From the NCBI GenBank assembly GCA_965198005.1, contig CBDAOI010000004.1:480001-544000 (forward strand): 64,000 nt of DNA. Reading direction: 5' to 3'. How positions within the stretch are numbered: the first letter of the stretch is position 1; every line of letters starts with the position of its first letter. Below the pieces are notes generated by a model. It made no database searches. It was not told the origin of the DNA and saw nothing but the letters and a program-made list of their open reading frames with translations. The stretch is from Spirochaetia bacterium. GTDB lineage: Bacteria; Spirochaetota; Spirochaetia; SZUA-6; Bin103. This document shows positions 62,493 to 64,000 of this stretch, piece by piece. Both the position numbers and the translations under genes were made by a program.

Positions 62493-63560
62493 TCAGCGCG
62501 CCATCGCTTCGCGCCACTCCCGGACCCACCGTTCGCGGTGCTCGGCAATGGCGGCCGGATCGACCTGCGCGGTGCGCTCGGGAATCGACAGGAACCGCTC
62601 GAACTCGGGCGCCAGCGGCACCTCGTCCAGGACCGGGAATACGAACATGTTGAGCGGCATCGCCGCCTGGAAGCTGGCGTCGAGCATGAAGTCGATCCAG
62701 CGCTCGGCCAGCTCGCGGCGCGGCGTGCCCGCCAGGATGCCGGCGAATTCGATCTGCCGGAAGCAGCTCTCGTCGCCGACCATCACCCCGGTCGTAGGTG
62801 CCGCGATCGGGGTCTCGGCGTAGATCACCTCGAACGGGGGGCTGGAACCGTAAGACACTACCAGCGGCCGGTCGCCGCTACTGGTGCCGCCGCTGAACTC
62901 CGCGAAGTAGGCGGTCTCCCAGTCGGGGGCCACGCGCACGCCGTTGGCCCGCAACTCGCGCCAGAAGTCGAGATAGCCGGGATCGCCGAACCTGCCGATC
63001 GTGGCCAGCAGGAAGGCGAGTCCGGGCGACGAGGCGGCCGGGTTCTCGACCACCAGCAGCTCGGCGTAGGCGGGATCGGTCAGATCCTCCAGCCGCTGCG
63101 GCGGCGCCAGTCCGGCGTCGTCGAACCAGGTGATGTCGTAGTTGACGCACACGTCGCCGAAGTCGATCGGGATTGCATGACCACTGGCGTCGAGGCGCAG
63201 CTCCGGGGCGATTCCGGCCAGTGCCGGCGGCTCGTAGCGTTCGAACACGCCTTGCTCGAGCGCGCGGCTCAGGAATGCGTTGTCGACGCCGTACAGCACG
63301 TCGGCCAGCGGCTTGCCCTTGGCCAGGATGGCGCGGTTCAACGCCGATCCCGCGCCCCCGGCCAGCAGGATGCTGACCCTGGCGCCGTAGCGCTCCTCGA
63401 ATTCGGCCAGCACCTCCTCCGGGATCACCGTCGAGTCGTGCCCCATAACGGTAAGCACCTCCGGCTCGGATTCGGCGGCCGGCTCGGCGCCAACGTAGGC
63501 GGCGCACAGCAGTGCCAGCAGCGCCGGCAGCACCGGCCACCGAACGGTCAGATAACACAT
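62493..63560 (-). CDS. thiB: Thiamine ABC transporter substrate-binding protein
   Basis: HDS, YGVDN, ENPAASSPGLAF, W..AY, SYGSSP and CFRQIEFAG motifs; downstream of a TPP riboswitch. Confidence 0.92.
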   Translation of the reverse strand: MCYLTVRWPVLPALLALLCAAYVGAEPAAESEPEVLTVMGHDSTVIPEEVLAEFEERYGARVSILLAGGAGSALNRAILAKGKPLADVLYGVDNAFLSRALEQGVFERYEPPALAGIAPELRLDASGHAIPIDFGDVCVNYDITWFDDAGLAPPQRLEDLTDPAYAELLVVENPAASSPGLAFLLATIGRFGDPGYLDFWRELRANGVRVAPDWETAYFAEFSGGTSSGDRPLVVSYGSSPPFEVIYAETPIAAPTTGVMVGDESCFRQIEFAGILAGTPRRELAERWIDFMLDASFQAAMPLNMFVFPVLDEVPLAPEFERFLSIPERTAQVDPAAIAEHRERWVREWREAMAR

Positions 63561-63617
63561 ATATTCCTCCCGCCGGGGAGTGGGAACTGGCTGAGGATCA
63601 GGCTGCAGGTGGGCGAT

Positions 63618-63736
63618 AAGCTCCCTCCGCCGGCATTATCCGGATCAGGTATGCGAGTCGAAAGCTCCGGGGGTCGGCGGCTGGCGCCCATCCCACGGCT
63701 CTCCTCTCAGCTTGGCAACACCAAGCTCCCCGGTCT
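63618..63736 (-). ncRNA. TPP riboswitch
   Basis: GGGGAGC...GCTGAGAG...ACCTGATCCGGATAATGCCGGCGGAGGGA. Confidence 0.95.
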
Positions 63737-63744
63737 GTGCCGAT

Positions 63745-63774
63745 ACTGTAACCGCTAATCGGCGCACGAGTCAA
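63745..63774 (-). promoter_or_regulatory. sigma70 promoter of thiBPQ
   Basis: TTGACT-N18-TACAGT; the predicted start site falls at the riboswitch 5' end. Confidence 0.65.
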
Positions 63775-63880
63775 CCATGCTCCGTGCCCCCATCTGTTAC
63801 AACGGGGGCGTGTCGTTGCTGCTTCGACGCTACTCTCGCAGCTTGCCCGCGGCGCCGCTTGACCCGGCAGCCGGTGCCGC

Positions 63881-64000
63881 TCAGGGCGAGCTGACCGGGT
63901 GGGCGGCGGCGGCCCTGCGGTGGGCGGTGTGGAGGTGGGCGTGGGCGCGGACCTGGAGCAGGCGCTCTAGGCTCCACCGGTCGCCGTCGGGCATGGGGGG
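63881..64000 (-). CDS. Possible 3' end of a gene entering from outside the window
   Basis: Open frame ...DRWSLERLLQVRAHAHLH...SSP* ending at 63881; no family recognised. Confidence 0.35.
   Translation of the reverse strand, partial: PPMPDGDRWSLERLLQVRAHAHLHTAHRRAAAAHPVSSP

Overview
GC-rich bacterial chromosome segment. Signature tracts in the 16S gene (GGCAGCAGCTAAGAAT, TTCGATGATACGCG) point to phylum Spirochaetota. Layout: (1) 0.8-6.6 kb, a complete rRNA operon (16S-tRNA-Ala-23S-5S). (2) 6.6-24 kb, metabolic and housekeeping genes: a tandem amidohydrolase-fold pair plus Rieske ferredoxin (candidate dinuclear-metal oxygenase), DinB, a radical SAM enzyme with a non-canonical Cys motif, queF/yhhQ, uppS, bacilliredoxin, System II cytochrome c biogenesis and tatCBA. 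(3) 24.5-28.6 kb, panB-panC-coaX-coaBC with a candidate pan RNA motif. (4) About 30-43 kb, a mosaic island in which a few intact genes (ATPase-TOPRIM protein, amidohydrolase, FitAB, dppB, dppC, Uma2) sit among about 20 spliced fragments of toxin-antitoxin, IS/recombinase, HNH-type and peptide-ABC-transporter genes. (5) 43-50 kb, MoxR-DUF58-transglutaminase-beta-propeller-bshB1. (6) 51-64 kb, a classical menaquinone operon lacking menC, downstream of a TPP-riboswitch-controlled thiBPQ. At least eight genes have a -10 box 6-10 nt before the start codon, suggesting frequent leaderless mRNAs. All calls come from motif reading and recalled family sequences, with no database search. Start codons were moved by hand where the ORF track over-extends, and fragment boundaries are approximate.
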